NCBI GenBank assembly: GCA_050014195.1
Contig: JBEKDT010000012.1
Location: 64,001-128,000 of the forward strand
DNA from: Desulfomonilia bacterium
GTDB taxonomy: Bacteria > Desulfobacterota > Desulfomonilia > UBA1062
Reading direction: 5' to 3'
Length of the DNA: 64,000 nt
Under the pieces are notes generated by a model. The model worked only from the letters and a program-made list of their open reading frames with translations, had not been told where the DNA came from and did no database searches. The translations under genes and the position numbers were made by a program. Below are positions 21,762 through 32,042 of this stretch, in pieces; position 1 is the first letter of the stretch; every line of letters begins with the position of its first letter.

Positions 21762-22337
21762 ATGAGCAAATCACCAAAAGACACAGGGAAAAAAATAATT
21801 GATCTTGGAGAACTGTTTCTTCTCCGGCAGGGTTATAATGGCTTCAGTTATGCCGACATCGCCGTCTCTTTGGGAATTAAAAATGCTGCCATTCATTACC
21901 ATTTTCCCAGCAAGTGCGACCTTGGCCTTGCCGTCATTCAGCGGGCCAGGGTCCGTTTTAAAAGGTGGTGCGCCGGTAAGGAAACGGCAGCCATGAGTGA
22001 CTGGGAAAAGCTCGACGGCTTTTTCCAGATCTACCACCACTACCTCGCCAAGAGCGAATCGGTCTGCCTGAGCGGAGCCCTGGAAACGGATTTCACGACC
22101 CTGCCTCAGCCGATGCAGGAAGAGGCCCGGGGGCTGGTGTCGGATCTCCTTATATGGATGGAGAAGTTTCTTCACGATGCACGGAAAAGAGGAACATTCT
22201 CGTTTCCGGGAACTCCTCGTAATCAGGCAATCGTGGTGCTTGCAGTCATGCAGGGCAGTCTGCAGATGATACGGGCAACGGATCCATCGATATTCGAGGC
22301 TGCGGTGGGCCAGGTGCGCCGTCTGCTTAAACCGTAG
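21762..22337 (+). CDS. TetR/AcrR family regulator
   Basis: GYNGFSYADIA..LGIKNAAIHYHFPSK. Confidence 0.95.
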   Translation: MSKSPKDTGKKIIDLGELFLLRQGYNGFSYADIAVSLGIKNAAIHYHFPSKCDLGLAVIQRARVRFKRWCAGKETAAMSDWEKLDGFFQIYHHYLAKSESVCLSGALETDFTTLPQPMQEEARGLVSDLLIWMEKFLHDARKRGTFSFPGTPRNQAIVVLAVMQGSLQMIRATDPSIFEAAVGQVRRLLKP

Positions 22338-22435
22338 GCCCGGATGAAGCATGCATGGAATATTTTCGACAGCAAATGACAGCCGTCAAAAGGGTTTTGG
22401 CTGCAATAATGTAAATGCTCACATAGGAGGGTTGG

Positions 22436-23617
22436 ATGGATAATACGATACCAAGATCACAGGCAAACGACTATTCAAAGGATATCATTGAAGAACGCCG
22501 GCGGTTTCTCCGGGAAAAGACCGGCATAGAACTGAACCATGTGAATAAGTATTCCTTTGATCCTGCCATGCTGCCCGGAAATATAGAACATTTTATTGGG
22601 GTAGCCCAGGTTCCCATAGGGATCACCGGTCCGCTGCTCGTGAACGGAGAATACGCCCAGGGTGAATTCTATGTCCCTCTGGCAACAAGTGAAGGAACCC
22701 TTGTCGCAAGCTATAACAGGGGGATGAAAATAATAAGACAATGCGGGGGTGTGACCACAACGATCCAGGAAGAAGCAATGCAGCGCGCCCCTGTCTTCAT
22801 ATTTGATAATGCCCGCCAGGCCCGTGATTTCGGGATCTGGCTGAAGGAACAATTTGAGGAAATTAAAAAACAGGCTGAAAGCACCACAAGGACCGGAAAG
22901 CTTATCACCATTGAGCAGTACCATGCCGGTCGATTCGTGTACACCCGGTTTGATTATACAACCGGCGACGCTGCAGGTCAGAACATGACGGGAAAAGCAA
23001 CCTTCATTGCATGCGAGTGGATCAGGAAAACCCATCCTTATGTAAAAAGGTACATGATAGACGGGAATTTCTCTACGGACAAAAAGCATTCGACCATCAA
23101 TGTACTGAAGACCAGAGGCAAACGTGTTACCGCCGAAATCACAATCCCCGAAAAGATCGTCAGGGAGCAGATGAACCAGTCTCCGGCAAGATTGCAGTTC
23201 TATCACAATATCGGAAACCTCGGGTCCTATTTCTCCGGCGCTGTGAACAACGGGAGTCACTCTGCCAATGGGATCACCGCCATTTTCATTGCAACGGGGC
23301 AGGACGCGGCAAACGTCGCAGAGGGCTCGGCGGCGATAACCTATAGCGAGAGGACAAAGGAAGGCGACTACTACTTCTCAGTGGTGATCCCCGCACTGAT
23401 TGTGGCCACTCACGGAGGAGGAACCGGGCTTGCGACCCAAAGAGAATGCCTCGAGTTGATGGATTGCTACGGAACCGGAAAAGTAAAGAAGTTCGCCGAG
23501 ATTGTCGCCGCAGCCGTCCTTGCGGGAGAGCTTTCATTGATGAGCGCAATGAGGGTGAATAAGGATGGCACCAGCGACTGGATTTCGAGCCACGATAAAT
23601 TGGGGAGAAACAGATAA
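22436..23617 (+). CDS. HMG-CoA reductase-like protein (class I type)
   Basis: EHFIG..VPIG, PLATSEGTLVAS, GDAAGQNM, GQDAAN, GGGT, LAGELS, C-terminal His. Confidence 0.88.
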   Translation: MDNTIPRSQANDYSKDIIEERRRFLREKTGIELNHVNKYSFDPAMLPGNIEHFIGVAQVPIGITGPLLVNGEYAQGEFYVPLATSEGTLVASYNRGMKIIRQCGGVTTTIQEEAMQRAPVFIFDNARQARDFGIWLKEQFEEIKKQAESTTRTGKLITIEQYHAGRFVYTRFDYTTGDAAGQNMTGKATFIACEWIRKTHPYVKRYMIDGNFSTDKKHSTINVLKTRGKRVTAEITIPEKIVREQMNQSPARLQFYHNIGNLGSYFSGAVNNGSHSANGITAIFIATGQDAANVAEGSAAITYSERTKEGDYYFSVVIPALIVATHGGGTGLATQRECLELMDCYGTGKVKKFAEIVAAAVLAGELSLMSAMRVNKDGTSDWISSHDKLGRNR

Positions 23618-23676
23618 TTATTGAATTTTTGAGAGGGACTATATCCCTCATTCAACCATGATAGGGAGGATGCCGG

Positions 23677-25569
23677 ATGGCGGGAAAAAGCGATCAGAAA
23701 AGGGGGTATGTCATCCCCGAGGAAGAATTCAAGTGTCAGATGGAATACATCAATACCATGGACCCCTATCCCCCGCACATTTTCTACCAGAGATTTCTTG
23801 AAGTCTTACACAAGGCCAAAACGGAAGGCGGAATAAACTGGGGAACCCTGCACGAACGAGCTGCTACTAAATATCCCGGCAGGATAGCAGTCAAATGGGA
23901 CGTTTCCGATGCTCCGATTAGCTCCATGCAGATGGCTCTCCCGCACATCAAATATAAGGAATTCAATGAGGCGGTAAACCGTTATGCGAACTACTTTTTA
24001 GAAAAAGGGCTCCAGAAGGGGGATATCATTTGCCTCCTCCTGGCCAACAGGGTGGAGTCGCTGGAACTGCATGTCGCTGCTGCAAAGATCGGTGCGGTAT
24101 CTTCAATGATGAATACGGGATGGCGGGGCAGAACCCTTGCCTATGCCTTAAATCTGATTCCAGGCAAGGCGGTTATCGTAGGTGAAGAGTGTATTGATTT
24201 GTTCAATGAGGCACAACCCGAAGGAAAGAGACCGGACGGGCAACAGATCTATTATCTGGAAGATACGGGCCATGCACCCATACCGGACGGGTTCATCAAC
24301 ATAAAGGAGGCTATAAAAGACATCTCCGAGCAGAACCCCCCCACAACAGGCACGATAAGCATCTACGATCCCTGCCACCTCGTGTTCACTTCCGGCACCA
24401 CGGGCGGCATGCCCAAGGCGGCCTATACGACGCACAAGACCATGGTGGAAAATGCGAATGCCTTCAAGATGATCCTGGATTTACAGAAGAATGATACCAT
24501 CTATGTCCCGCTGCCCTTCTTTCATAATACCTTTCTCGTGTCAGCCTGGCCCCCTGCAGCGCTCAGCGGAGGAGCCATTGCCATCCGCAGGAAATTCAGC
24601 GCAAGCCATTTCTGGAACGATACCCGTAAATTCAGGGCTACAAAATTCTGCTATGTAGGAGAATTGTGCCGTTACCTGATGAACCAGCCGGAAAGATCCG
24701 ATGATGCCGCAAACCCCGTTGAAGGGATGTTCGGTAACGGTCTCCGTCCGGAAATCTGGAAGGCGTTCAAGAAGCGCTTTGATATACCTGCAGTCAACGA
24801 ATTCTACGGCGCTGCGGAGCTGCCGAGCGGTTTTGTGAACCAGTACAACTTCGACTGCACCATAGGTCGCAGCGTAAAAACCAATGCCGTGGTGAAGTAC
24901 GACATACAGAACAACGAACCGGTCATCAACGAGAACGGCTTCATGGAGAAGACCGATTACGGCGAGATCGGCCTGGTGCTGTTTGAAATATCGGAATCGG
25001 ATCCAGTGATGGGATATACTAGGAAAGAGGATACGGAAAAGAAGATTTTCCGAGACGTGTTCAAAAAAGGCGATGCCTGGTTCAATACCGGCGACCTCAT
25101 GAGGAATATCGGTTTCGGGCACCGGCAGTTTGTCGATCGGTTGGGTGATACCTTCCGCTGGCACGGTGAAAATGTCTCGACTACGGAAGTGGAGGCAGTG
25201 CTCGATTCATACAGGCAGATCTACATATCATCCGTATACGGCGTCAAGATACCGAATACCGATGGAAGTGCAGGGATGGCGGCCATCGTGCCCTTGGACA
25301 CCAGGCTCGAGGATTTTGATTTCACGTCTTTGGCAGACCACCTGAAGAGAGAGCTTGCGGATTTCGCTGTTCCGAAGTTCATCAGGATCAAGAAGGAACT
25401 GGATCAGACCCCTACCATGAAATTCAAAAAGGACCAGCTGAAAAATGATGGGTACGATATTGAAAAAATCATCGATCCTGTTTATGTCCTGCTACCCAAT
25501 GAATCGGGATATGTGCCGTTGACAGCAGAAGTGAAGAATAAGATAGACAGAGGTGAGTACAGATTCTGA
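23677..25569 (+). CDS. Long-chain acyl-CoA synthetase (FATP/FadD6-like)
   Basis: FTSGTTGGMPKAA, YVGELCRYL, EFYGAAE, DRLGDTFRWHGENVSTTEVE. Confidence 0.92.
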   Translation: MAGKSDQKRGYVIPEEEFKCQMEYINTMDPYPPHIFYQRFLEVLHKAKTEGGINWGTLHERAATKYPGRIAVKWDVSDAPISSMQMALPHIKYKEFNEAVNRYANYFLEKGLQKGDIICLLLANRVESLELHVAAAKIGAVSSMMNTGWRGRTLAYALNLIPGKAVIVGEECIDLFNEAQPEGKRPDGQQIYYLEDTGHAPIPDGFINIKEAIKDISEQNPPTTGTISIYDPCHLVFTSGTTGGMPKAAYTTHKTMVENANAFKMILDLQKNDTIYVPLPFFHNTFLVSAWPPAALSGGAIAIRRKFSASHFWNDTRKFRATKFCYVGELCRYLMNQPERSDDAANPVEGMFGNGLRPEIWKAFKKRFDIPAVNEFYGAAELPSGFVNQYNFDCTIGRSVKTNAVVKYDIQNNEPVINENGFMEKTDYGEIGLVLFEISESDPVMGYTRKEDTEKKIFRDVFKKGDAWFNTGDLMRNIGFGHRQFVDRLGDTFRWHGENVSTTEVEAVLDSYRQIYISSVYGVKIPNTDGSAGMAAIVPLDTRLEDFDFTSLADHLKRELADFAVPKFIRIKKELDQTPTMKFKKDQLKNDGYDIEKIIDPVYVLLPNESGYVPLTAEVKNKIDRGEYRF

Positions 25570-25753
25570 TGTTGTCCGACAGAACCCTTACAGCGCGAGA
25601 TGCTGGAGTCATATATTGAATAGAACACTTACAAGAGGGAGAAGGGGCCGGGTGTGCATCCTGGATAGAATTACCTAAAGAGGGGGTGTGACCACATCTC
25701 CATATTATCCGGCGTACTGGTCGGGTTTTCTGTGCACCCGAGAAAAACTCACA

Positions 25754-26035
25754 TTACTCTTCGAATCCTATGGAGAACATGCCTTCAAGATCATGCCGGG
25801 AATAGGTGCGGAATGCGAGCATGGTTTCAGACCCGGTGATCCCTTTTATCTTGAGCATCTTATTGGTGACGAGCTCTGCAAGTTCATCATTGCTGCCCAC
25901 CCTGGCTATAGCCACCAGATCATACCTGCCGCTGACTGAGAAGACCTCTGACATGCCCTTGATGTCTGAAAGATCTTGCGCTGTTTCATTGATACGTTCG
26001 CGTGCAACATTCAATAATATGATTGCTGTAACCAT
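25754..26035 (-). CDS. Stand-alone Lrp/AsnC ligand-binding domain protein
   Basis: EVFSVSGRYDLVA..SET.LAF..YSRHDLE. Confidence 0.85.
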   Translation of the reverse strand: MVTAIILLNVARERINETAQDLSDIKGMSEVFSVSGRYDLVAIARVGSNDELAELVTNKMLKIKGITGSETMLAFRTYSRHDLEGMFSIGFEE

Positions 26036-26160
26036 GGCTCTCCCTCCTGGTTTCACCCTTAAAGGGTCAGCCAAAGAGAAGCAACTAAATTATTGTGGTG
26101 TAAAAAGGGCTGAGAGTGAAAAAAGGGTAATTGAAGGGTTCGGTGTGTGCTTAACTCGTA

Positions 26161-28056
26161 TCAGGAGATTCTTGATCTCAGTCTTTTTGCAATGTTCGGA
26201 AAATGGTGAAGGTCGGTATGGGGCAGGAAAAGTGCTGCCGTATACTGATCCATATAGCCTGCCGTAGTGCTCAAATCGATATAGGTCATGCGCTTTGCTA
26301 ACGCCGTTTGTGAGTCTCTGTATTCCTTTGACAGGAGGCATAGGCAGGACCCCAGGAGAGAGGCATTCCCGATGTAAAGGAACTTCTCAACAGGTATATC
26401 GGGGAGCAGTCCGATGACCATGGCGTTACCGAGGTTGAGGAACCGGCCGAATGCACCTGCTATGTAAAACGTGGAAATGTCATGAAAGGATATACCGATC
26501 TGCCTGAGCATCAAAGCCGCAGCAGAATATATGGCTGCCTTGGCGCGCATGAGGTTTTCAATATCGTTTTCAGACAGGATGATCGGTTTGCCGCTGTTCG
26601 TATCTGCGGCTTCGGCAACGGTATAGGAGGCACGACGGCCATTGAGGTGAATCAAGGGGCTTGTCCTGCTCCTGTTGAGCTTGCCTGACGAATCGATCCA
26701 ACCGGAGAGAAAAAGCCCGGCAACAAGGTCTATCAGTCCGGACCCGCAGATGCCCGAAGGCCTGCCGTTGCCGATGGTCGTATATCGGGCGCTGCCCGTA
26801 TCCCCCTCAATCGTGACAGAGTCAATGGCTCCCGTAGTGGCGCGCATGCCGCAATCAATACCTCCGCCTTCAAAGGCCGGTCCTGCCGAACAGGCACAAG
26901 TCATGAGGAAATCGGAATTGCCGAGAACGATCTCACCGTTCGTGCCGATATCGATGAAAAGGCAGGTCTCTTCCTTGTTTTTCACAAGATCAGTGGCGAG
27001 AATACCGGCGGTAATATCTCCCCCCACGTAACTGCCAACACAGGGGGAGAAGGTAACGAGGGCTTCTGGGTGAATGTCCAGGCCCGTTTCAATGGCCCGG
27101 AAATGGGGAATTTGCAGCACGGTCGGCGTGTAGGGCTCCAGCCGCAGGTATTCGGGCTTGAGCCCGAGAAAGAGATGCGTCATGATCGTATTGCCCGATA
27201 TGCGGCAGCAGGTTATATCCTCTTTCAGAGTATAGGAATCATCAACAACCTCTTGAACGAGACGGTTCACGGATCGTACGGCCCTCGACCGCAAGTCCTC
27301 CAGCCTCTCCCGGGTGGATGCATAATTGATCCTGCTTATGACATCGAGCCCGCAATGGATCTGGTCATTATATCCGTTCCTGGTTGATATTACCTTTCCG
27401 CTGCCCAGATCGATCAGTTGCACGGAAATGGTGGTTGTCCCCAGATCGATTGCAATCCCCAGGTTTTTGCGCTCGGCCCGAGAGCCCTTTATATCAATGA
27501 TATGGGTCTTGCCGCTGTCAGCAGCAAGGGTGATAGTCACCATGCCGTCTTCCGCACGAAGGGCATCCGCCGATTTTTGGATAACGGATAAAGGGTAGAA
27601 TATCTCTTTTTCCTGGATCACGGATTTAAGACTGCGGCCAACCCGGTCGAGATCCGACAGGCCGTCTTCTTTCTCTGCCTTGGGGACACGCAGGCATACC
27701 TGCTGTGAGCAAGGGGAGAGGTGTAACAGTGCAGGCACGGTTTCGCAGACGGGGTTAATGCTGTCATCGAGGACCATGCAGGCCGGCTGTTCAGGGATGT
27801 TGACAATAACGTCTTCAATGATGAAGGATTGGCAGGCTACTACAAACCCGGAAGCCCTTTCTTCGTCGGTCAGCTGTATGTCTGATTTACATGCAACAGA
27901 GCCGTGGGTTATCTGGACCAGGCATTTTCCGCAGGTCCCTTTTCCTCCGCAGGGCAGCTCGATCATGATCCCTGCCCGGCCCGCGGCATCCATGAGCAAG
28001 GTGCTGGAAGGGACGTCTATGGTTTTTCCTATGGGAAGAAAGGTGATTATCGGCAT
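26161..28056 (-). CDS. RACo/ASKHA corrinoid reductive activase with N-terminal [2Fe-2S] (AcsV/RamA-like)
   Basis: CGGKGTCGKC..AC, DLGTTT, G.DVISRI, YVGGDI, DIGTNGE, CSAGPAFEG, GICGSG. Confidence 0.93.
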   Translation of the reverse strand: MPIITFLPIGKTIDVPSSTLLMDAAGRAGIMIELPCGGKGTCGKCLVQITHGSVACKSDIQLTDEERASGFVVACQSFIIEDVIVNIPEQPACMVLDDSINPVCETVPALLHLSPCSQQVCLRVPKAEKEDGLSDLDRVGRSLKSVIQEKEIFYPLSVIQKSADALRAEDGMVTITLAADSGKTHIIDIKGSRAERKNLGIAIDLGTTTISVQLIDLGSGKVISTRNGYNDQIHCGLDVISRINYASTRERLEDLRSRAVRSVNRLVQEVVDDSYTLKEDITCCRISGNTIMTHLFLGLKPEYLRLEPYTPTVLQIPHFRAIETGLDIHPEALVTFSPCVGSYVGGDITAGILATDLVKNKEETCLFIDIGTNGEIVLGNSDFLMTCACSAGPAFEGGGIDCGMRATTGAIDSVTIEGDTGSARYTTIGNGRPSGICGSGLIDLVAGLFLSGWIDSSGKLNRSRTSPLIHLNGRRASYTVAEAADTNSGKPIILSENDIENLMRAKAAIYSAAALMLRQIGISFHDISTFYIAGAFGRFLNLGNAMVIGLLPDIPVEKFLYIGNASLLGSCLCLLSKEYRDSQTALAKRMTYIDLSTTAGYMDQYTAALFLPHTDLHHFPNIAKRLRSRIS

Positions 28057-28085
28057 ATGAATTTTAGTCTTATCTTTAACTGGAT

Positions 28086-28128
28086 CCCTCACCCTGACCC
28101 TCTCCCCATAATCATATGGGGAGAGAGG
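28086..28128. repeat. BoxC-like palindromic repeat (copies at ~32570 and a half copy at ~40518)
   Basis: CCCTCACCCTGACCCTCTCCCC..GGGGAGAGAGG. Confidence 0.6.
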
Positions 28129-28208
28129 ACTGGAGATTCATGGCTTTTATGTATCATACTCCCTGTAGATCATCATGCATAAAAACTTTTTTATTCTCTC
28201 ATATGCAT

Positions 28209-28273
28209 AGATCTCATTTGAATATCTGGAATAATCTCGATCTATAAAAATCAGATAGTTATCGCAGGGATCT
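28209..28273 (+). repeat. Array site 1 (long-flank type)
   Basis: AGATCTC-ATTTG-AATATCT...AAAATC-AGATAGTT-ATCGCA-GGGATCT. Confidence 0.85.
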
Positions 28274-28435
28274 ATTCTTTAGTTGATCTAATGAAGATTA
28301 CGTCCTTTAAAGACAAGGTTCTTATTATCATCACCAAAAAGAATGTGAATTTAAGTCTATTTGTAAATTTCGTATTGAAACCATTATCTATGTACTCGAT
28401 CATAAAATGACACTATGCATATAATTGAATAAGCA

Positions 28436-28678
28436 TTATTTTTTAAGTTTCTTGGCGAGGTAGACTCTCAACGGGCATTGACAAAAATGCCTTAACCCGA
28501 ATGACAGAGCAAAGGAACAATTAGCAGGATTCTTCTCAAGGCAGTTGAGATAGTTCTCCAGTCCAAAATCTGTTGCCTTGCACAAATGCTTGAAGCCTCT
28601 TTCTGAACACTTAAAGTTCTTAGGGCATTGCATTCCCGCCATGATCTCTTCAATCTTCTTCCTGTCTCCGTCTTTCAT
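28436..28678 (-). CDS. Cys-rich hypothetical protein, 80 aa; sole gene between sites 1 and 2
   Basis: RBS GAGGGA; CPKNFKC, LC, CLE, CSF, CQCPLRVY. Confidence 0.75.
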   Translation of the reverse strand: MKDGDRKKIEEIMAGMQCPKNFKCSERGFKHLCKATDFGLENYLNCLEKNPANCSFALSFGLRHFCQCPLRVYLAKKLKK

Positions 28679-28876
28679 GAATTCCCTCTTTGATGCATCA
28701 ATTAGTAGGGTATTATGCCAGGAAATCAACCCTGCCTGTGCAGCTGTTTCTTTAGTAGAATCCTAGGAAGTTTTGCAAGTGAAGATCTCTTCGATAAATG
28801 AGCGGTTTCACAAGACCTGAGAAACTGATGATAACGTGCCAGGTGCAACGCTCTGGTATAAAGTGTCTTGCTGCGT

Positions 28877-28940
28877 ATGTTTCAAACCAAGATCTTCGGT
28901 TTTCTCTCATCTCAAAACCGTGAAGAAATCGCGTGACTGT
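28877..28940 (+). repeat. Array site 2 (with a degenerate tandem copy at ~28783-28845)
   Basis: ATGTTTC-AAACC-AAGATCT-TC-GGTTTT-N10-AAAACC-GTGAAGAA-ATCGCG. Confidence 0.8.
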
Positions 28941-29231
28941 CGAAAAACTCAAAGTATGGAAAGTGACAAAAAAAGACCTCGTAGAATGACCTACGATGGA
29001 AGATCTTTGATCGGGGCTTGTGTTAGGAATCGACGATTGAATAGTAGAAACATAGGTACTCCATAAATAACAATCATAAGAACAATAAATCCTCATAAAA
29101 AGGTCTCAAGGTTATCAAGGATAGTTCTTAATCAGCTGCCAAACCTTACCAGCGGCCTCTTCCCCTTTCCCCTGGATCGAGGAGTTTGGTTGCCATCAAA
29201 ATAAACCTCAAGTAAGGGGGATGATACCGGG

Positions 29232-29396
29232 TCAGTCTTTAGTGCGGGTACGGGTCACCCCGGTCAAGATTCCGACGCCGACAAGTATGACAATCGCGAT
29301 CATCACATAAACAGTGCTCAATTTCGCGACAATAAGGGCCCACGCAATGCCGCCAATGACAAAAGCAAAACCGATGAGATAAATTATCAAGGACAT
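29232..29396 (-). CDS. Small two-TM membrane protein, 54 aa (not in ORF track)
   Basis: MSLIIYLIGFAFVIGGIAWALIVAKLSTVYVMIAIVILVGVGILTGVTRTRTKD; RBS AGGAGG. Confidence 0.8.
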   Translation of the reverse strand: MSLIIYLIGFAFVIGGIAWALIVAKLSTVYVMIAIVILVGVGILTGVTRTRTKD

Positions 29397-29446
29397 GGAG
29401 TTACCTCCTGCTGAACCCAGCGACTTTTTAGGATTTTAAGTTATAA

Positions 29447-29465
29447 CCTCCGGTAAAGCCGGAGG
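29447..29465. mobile_element. IS200/IS605-type terminal hairpin remnant
   Basis: CCTCCGG-TAAAG-CCGGAGG. Confidence 0.45.
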
Positions 29466-29672
29466 CTTGATTAAACATGAACCGCTCCAAGTGGCTTTAC
29501 CGGATAACAATTGTCCCTACCTGAACATGTTCATGTTCTGACATCTTGAATTTGGGCATACTGACTGATAGGTCTGTTGTTACATACACTTTATCCAGCA
29601 AAGAGGCCTTGATCATGTCTTTTTCATGTAATAGCACTGTTCGATCTTCTTTGCGTATCGACAAAGATCTCA

Positions 29673-30107
29673 TTATCTCCTTACGATGAGAACGGGCTTC
29701 TGTGCCTTCCGGACCACTGTATCCGTAACAGATCCAAGCAACATCTCAACGATATTGCTCTTTCCATGAGAGCCCATTATGATAGCCGATACATTTTCTT
29801 CCTCCGCCACCCTGAGGATCTCCCTGAATGGAATACCCTTATTAATTTGGGCCTTGGCGATAAAACCTTGTTCCTTTAACTCATCTTCCAGGCTGGAGAT
29901 CTCATTGAGCGCCAGTTCCTCCCATTCCTTCTCAACAGCAAGAGCATCTATCGCTGTTGAGTTGCGGAAAGAATCAATACCTCTCTCGTCAATGATGTAT
30001 AAAATGATCACTTCTTTAGTGCCTGCACCCTTTAATCCAACGATATAGGGTAATGCCTTTTTTGCGACTTCTGAAAAATCAGTTGGGTATAAGATTTTCT
30101 TAAACAT
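29673..30107 (-). CDS. Universal stress protein (Usp)
   Basis: KKILYPTDFS, IIMGSHGKS..LLGSVT..PVLIVR. Confidence 0.95.
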   Translation of the reverse strand: MFKKILYPTDFSEVAKKALPYIVGLKGAGTKEVIILYIIDERGIDSFRNSTAIDALAVEKEWEELALNEISSLEDELKEQGFIAKAQINKGIPFREILRVAEEENVSAIIMGSHGKSNIVEMLLGSVTDTVVRKAQKPVLIVRR

Positions 30108-30111
30108 ATTC

Positions 30112-30260
30112 CTACACTTTCTCCTTTTCCTCTCCACTGAAAGGGATCTTGAGTTCGTAGACAGCGGATTCCAAGTGAGTTTCTATGGGGTGTCCTGTCT
30201 TTGAGAACACCTTCATCATGGGGGTATTTCGTGCCAGGACATCTGCCGTGAATCCTTTAA
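30112..30260 (-). pseudogene. C-terminal fragment of a GNAT-domain protein, cut by a palindromic element at ~30270-30335
   Basis: IKGFTADVLARNTPMMKVF..YELKIPF; upstream sequence is CCTCGCAGC/CCTCGCATC repeats. Confidence 0.6.
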
Positions 30261-30466
30261 TCTCGTCCGGGTTAATTCCTCGCAGCTTTCTGCATTCCAT
30301 TTTGCTTTTTATACCTCGCATCTCTGCCGCCGGGTGGTTCACTTCTATTCCGGCTAGGCACCCCTCTTTTTTAAGCAGAAAGGAACATCCTCCGGCCGGT
30401 CGCCGTGTAGGAATGGGCGAGATTGAATCCTAGCGACTGTTCCACATCCCCGCTGGACCAGGATAG

Positions 30467-30658
30467 TTACTTCCCAACGTGGATATTGGAGAAGGAACTG
30501 AGAACTCCAAAAACGCTCAGGAGCCACAAGACAACGGCAATGACAACGACGGCATTCAAGATCGACTTGATGGAGCTCGCCATCGGGATGAATCGGTTGA
30601 TGAGCCAGAGAACAACACCAGTTACGACCAGGACTTCCACTACTTGAATTAAGGGCAT
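30467..30658 (-). CDS. Thivi_2564-family small membrane protein
   Basis: GVVLWLINRFIPMASSIKSILNAVVVIAVVLWLL. Confidence 0.85.
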   Translation of the reverse strand: MPLIQVVEVLVVTGVVLWLINRFIPMASSIKSILNAVVVIAVVLWLLSVFGVLSSFSNIHVGK

Positions 30659-30818
30659 GATCTAATTCTCCTTGTTTTGTCGACGAAAGCAGAACACTTA
30701 GGTCCGTTCCCGCTTATGCGCTGCTGGGTGAAGCCGATATGAGGTTCAAGCTCGCCGCCATACGTTCAAGAGCACTTGGCGCCATTTTTTGCACGTGACA
30801 CCAAACAAGCTCGGCCGC

Positions 30819-30974
30819 CTAAAGCCGACCCAGTAGCAGCAGGATGATCAGAATGACCAGGACAATTCCCAGCCCCCCGCTCGGGTAGTAACCCCACTCT
30901 CGGCTGTGAGGCCATGTGGGTATTGCACCTACCAGCATCAAAATCACGACGATAATCAAAATAGTTGCCAGCAT
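30819..30974 (-). CDS. Second DUF3309 small membrane protein, 51 aa (not in ORF track)
   Basis: GAIPTWPHSREWGYYPSGGLG; RBS AGGAGG. Confidence 0.9.
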   Translation of the reverse strand: MLATILIIVVILMLVGAIPTWPHSREWGYYPSGGLGIVLVILIILLLLGRL

Positions 30975-31039
30975 ATGGCTCCTCCTTTCAGTTTATCCGT
31001 GAACGTAGCGTTGGGCGGATACTTTCAACGGCCTTGGCC

Positions 31040-31140
31040 ATTTGAACTTTGAAGCCCTAGCTGTTGAAGGCAGTCTTGACATCCGTCCAGACGTTTTCTG
31101 TACCTGTCTTGAGGTCCTCCCATGCATCATCGCCGTTGGC
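31040..31140 (-). pseudogene. Fragment of coiled-coil stress protein (sll1863-like)
   Basis: NGDDAWEDLKTGTENVWTDVKTAFNS followed by a premature stop. Confidence 0.55.
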
Positions 31141-31232
31141 CCTTATCCTTCCCCTAAGGGGATGGCCGTAGGAGGACCCTCACCACTGCGCCAGAAAGTC
31201 AACCCAGGTTGCCGATTTTATAAAAAATTCTA

Positions 31233-31802
31233 CTAAAACCGATTTAGATCCGTTTCCAATGAGTCAAGCCGATGGGAAATGTCTGTTCTCTCCTCGTACG
31301 TGGCGTATCTGCCTTCTTCCGTCATCCGAAAATAATCACTCCGGATGGCGTCTAGTCTGGCTTGAAATTCTCTCCCCTCTGTCTGAGGCAAGCGCCCGTT
31401 GGTTCTTCCATCATCGATTCTCCTTTGGAGTGAGACAATCCTGTCCCCATTCCTTGGTTCTCTTGGTTGTTCAATTTTTGCAGGCCGGGCAAGCGCTCTG
31501 TCGATCTCCGCTCCAAGCGCATCAAGTCTTATATGAAGCTTGTCCCATTCGTCCCGCTCGACCCTTTTGTCTCTCAGCTCCGTATAGTCTGTTCGAATAC
31601 CCTTCAGTGTCGTGAGAAACATCTGGGACTGATCAGGGCTAAGCGCACCGGATTTCAGCCCATCCCCGATCTTCTCCTGGATTACAACCATCTTGCTCTC
31701 TGCATTCCTTTCAGAATCCGGCCATGTTTGGATAGTAGCGCAGCCCGAAAATAAGGCTAATCCGAAAATCGTTAACACTGACAGCAGAATAACCTTCTTC
31801 AT
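31233..31802 (-). CDS. Helical-repeat lipoprotein, hypothetical
   Basis: Lipobox FSGC; two internal repeats (I.DG..SG.L); RBS AGGAGG. Confidence 0.8.
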   Translation of the reverse strand: MKKVILLSVLTIFGLALFSGCATIQTWPDSERNAESKMVVIQEKIGDGLKSGALSPDQSQMFLTTLKGIRTDYTELRDKRVERDEWDKLHIRLDALGAEIDRALARPAKIEQPREPRNGDRIVSLQRRIDDGRTNGRLPQTEGREFQARLDAIRSDYFRMTEEGRYATYEERTDISHRLDSLETDLNRF

Positions 31803-31812
31803 TTGTCACCTC

Positions 31813-31872
31813 CTATTTTACAATCAGGTCGTTTTTCACCGATTTGACACCCTCAATGCTGTCGGCAATCTC
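31813..31872 (-). pseudogene. 3' remnant of a BON-domain gene
   Basis: EIADSIEGVKSVKNDLIVK*, similar to the end of the 11132-11446 protein. Confidence 0.6.
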
Positions 31873-32042
31873 TTAAGAGTGCGGTTATCAGCCCGACGCA
31901 GACGAGGAATTTCACCATACGATCTCGTTTTACCATACAGGCATCTCCTTTCCCGTAGAGGACCATATGAGGAATTCCATGGAGTCCTTTTTATTGGAAC
32001 CTTATGTATAATAATCATCAGATTGTTCCGGGCAAGGTTGCA

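Noticed and set aside
28752-29096. ORFs 28752-29096 (-) and 28836-29066 (+)
   Set aside because: They span array site 2 and its tandem copy, with no RBS or motif; likely spurious.
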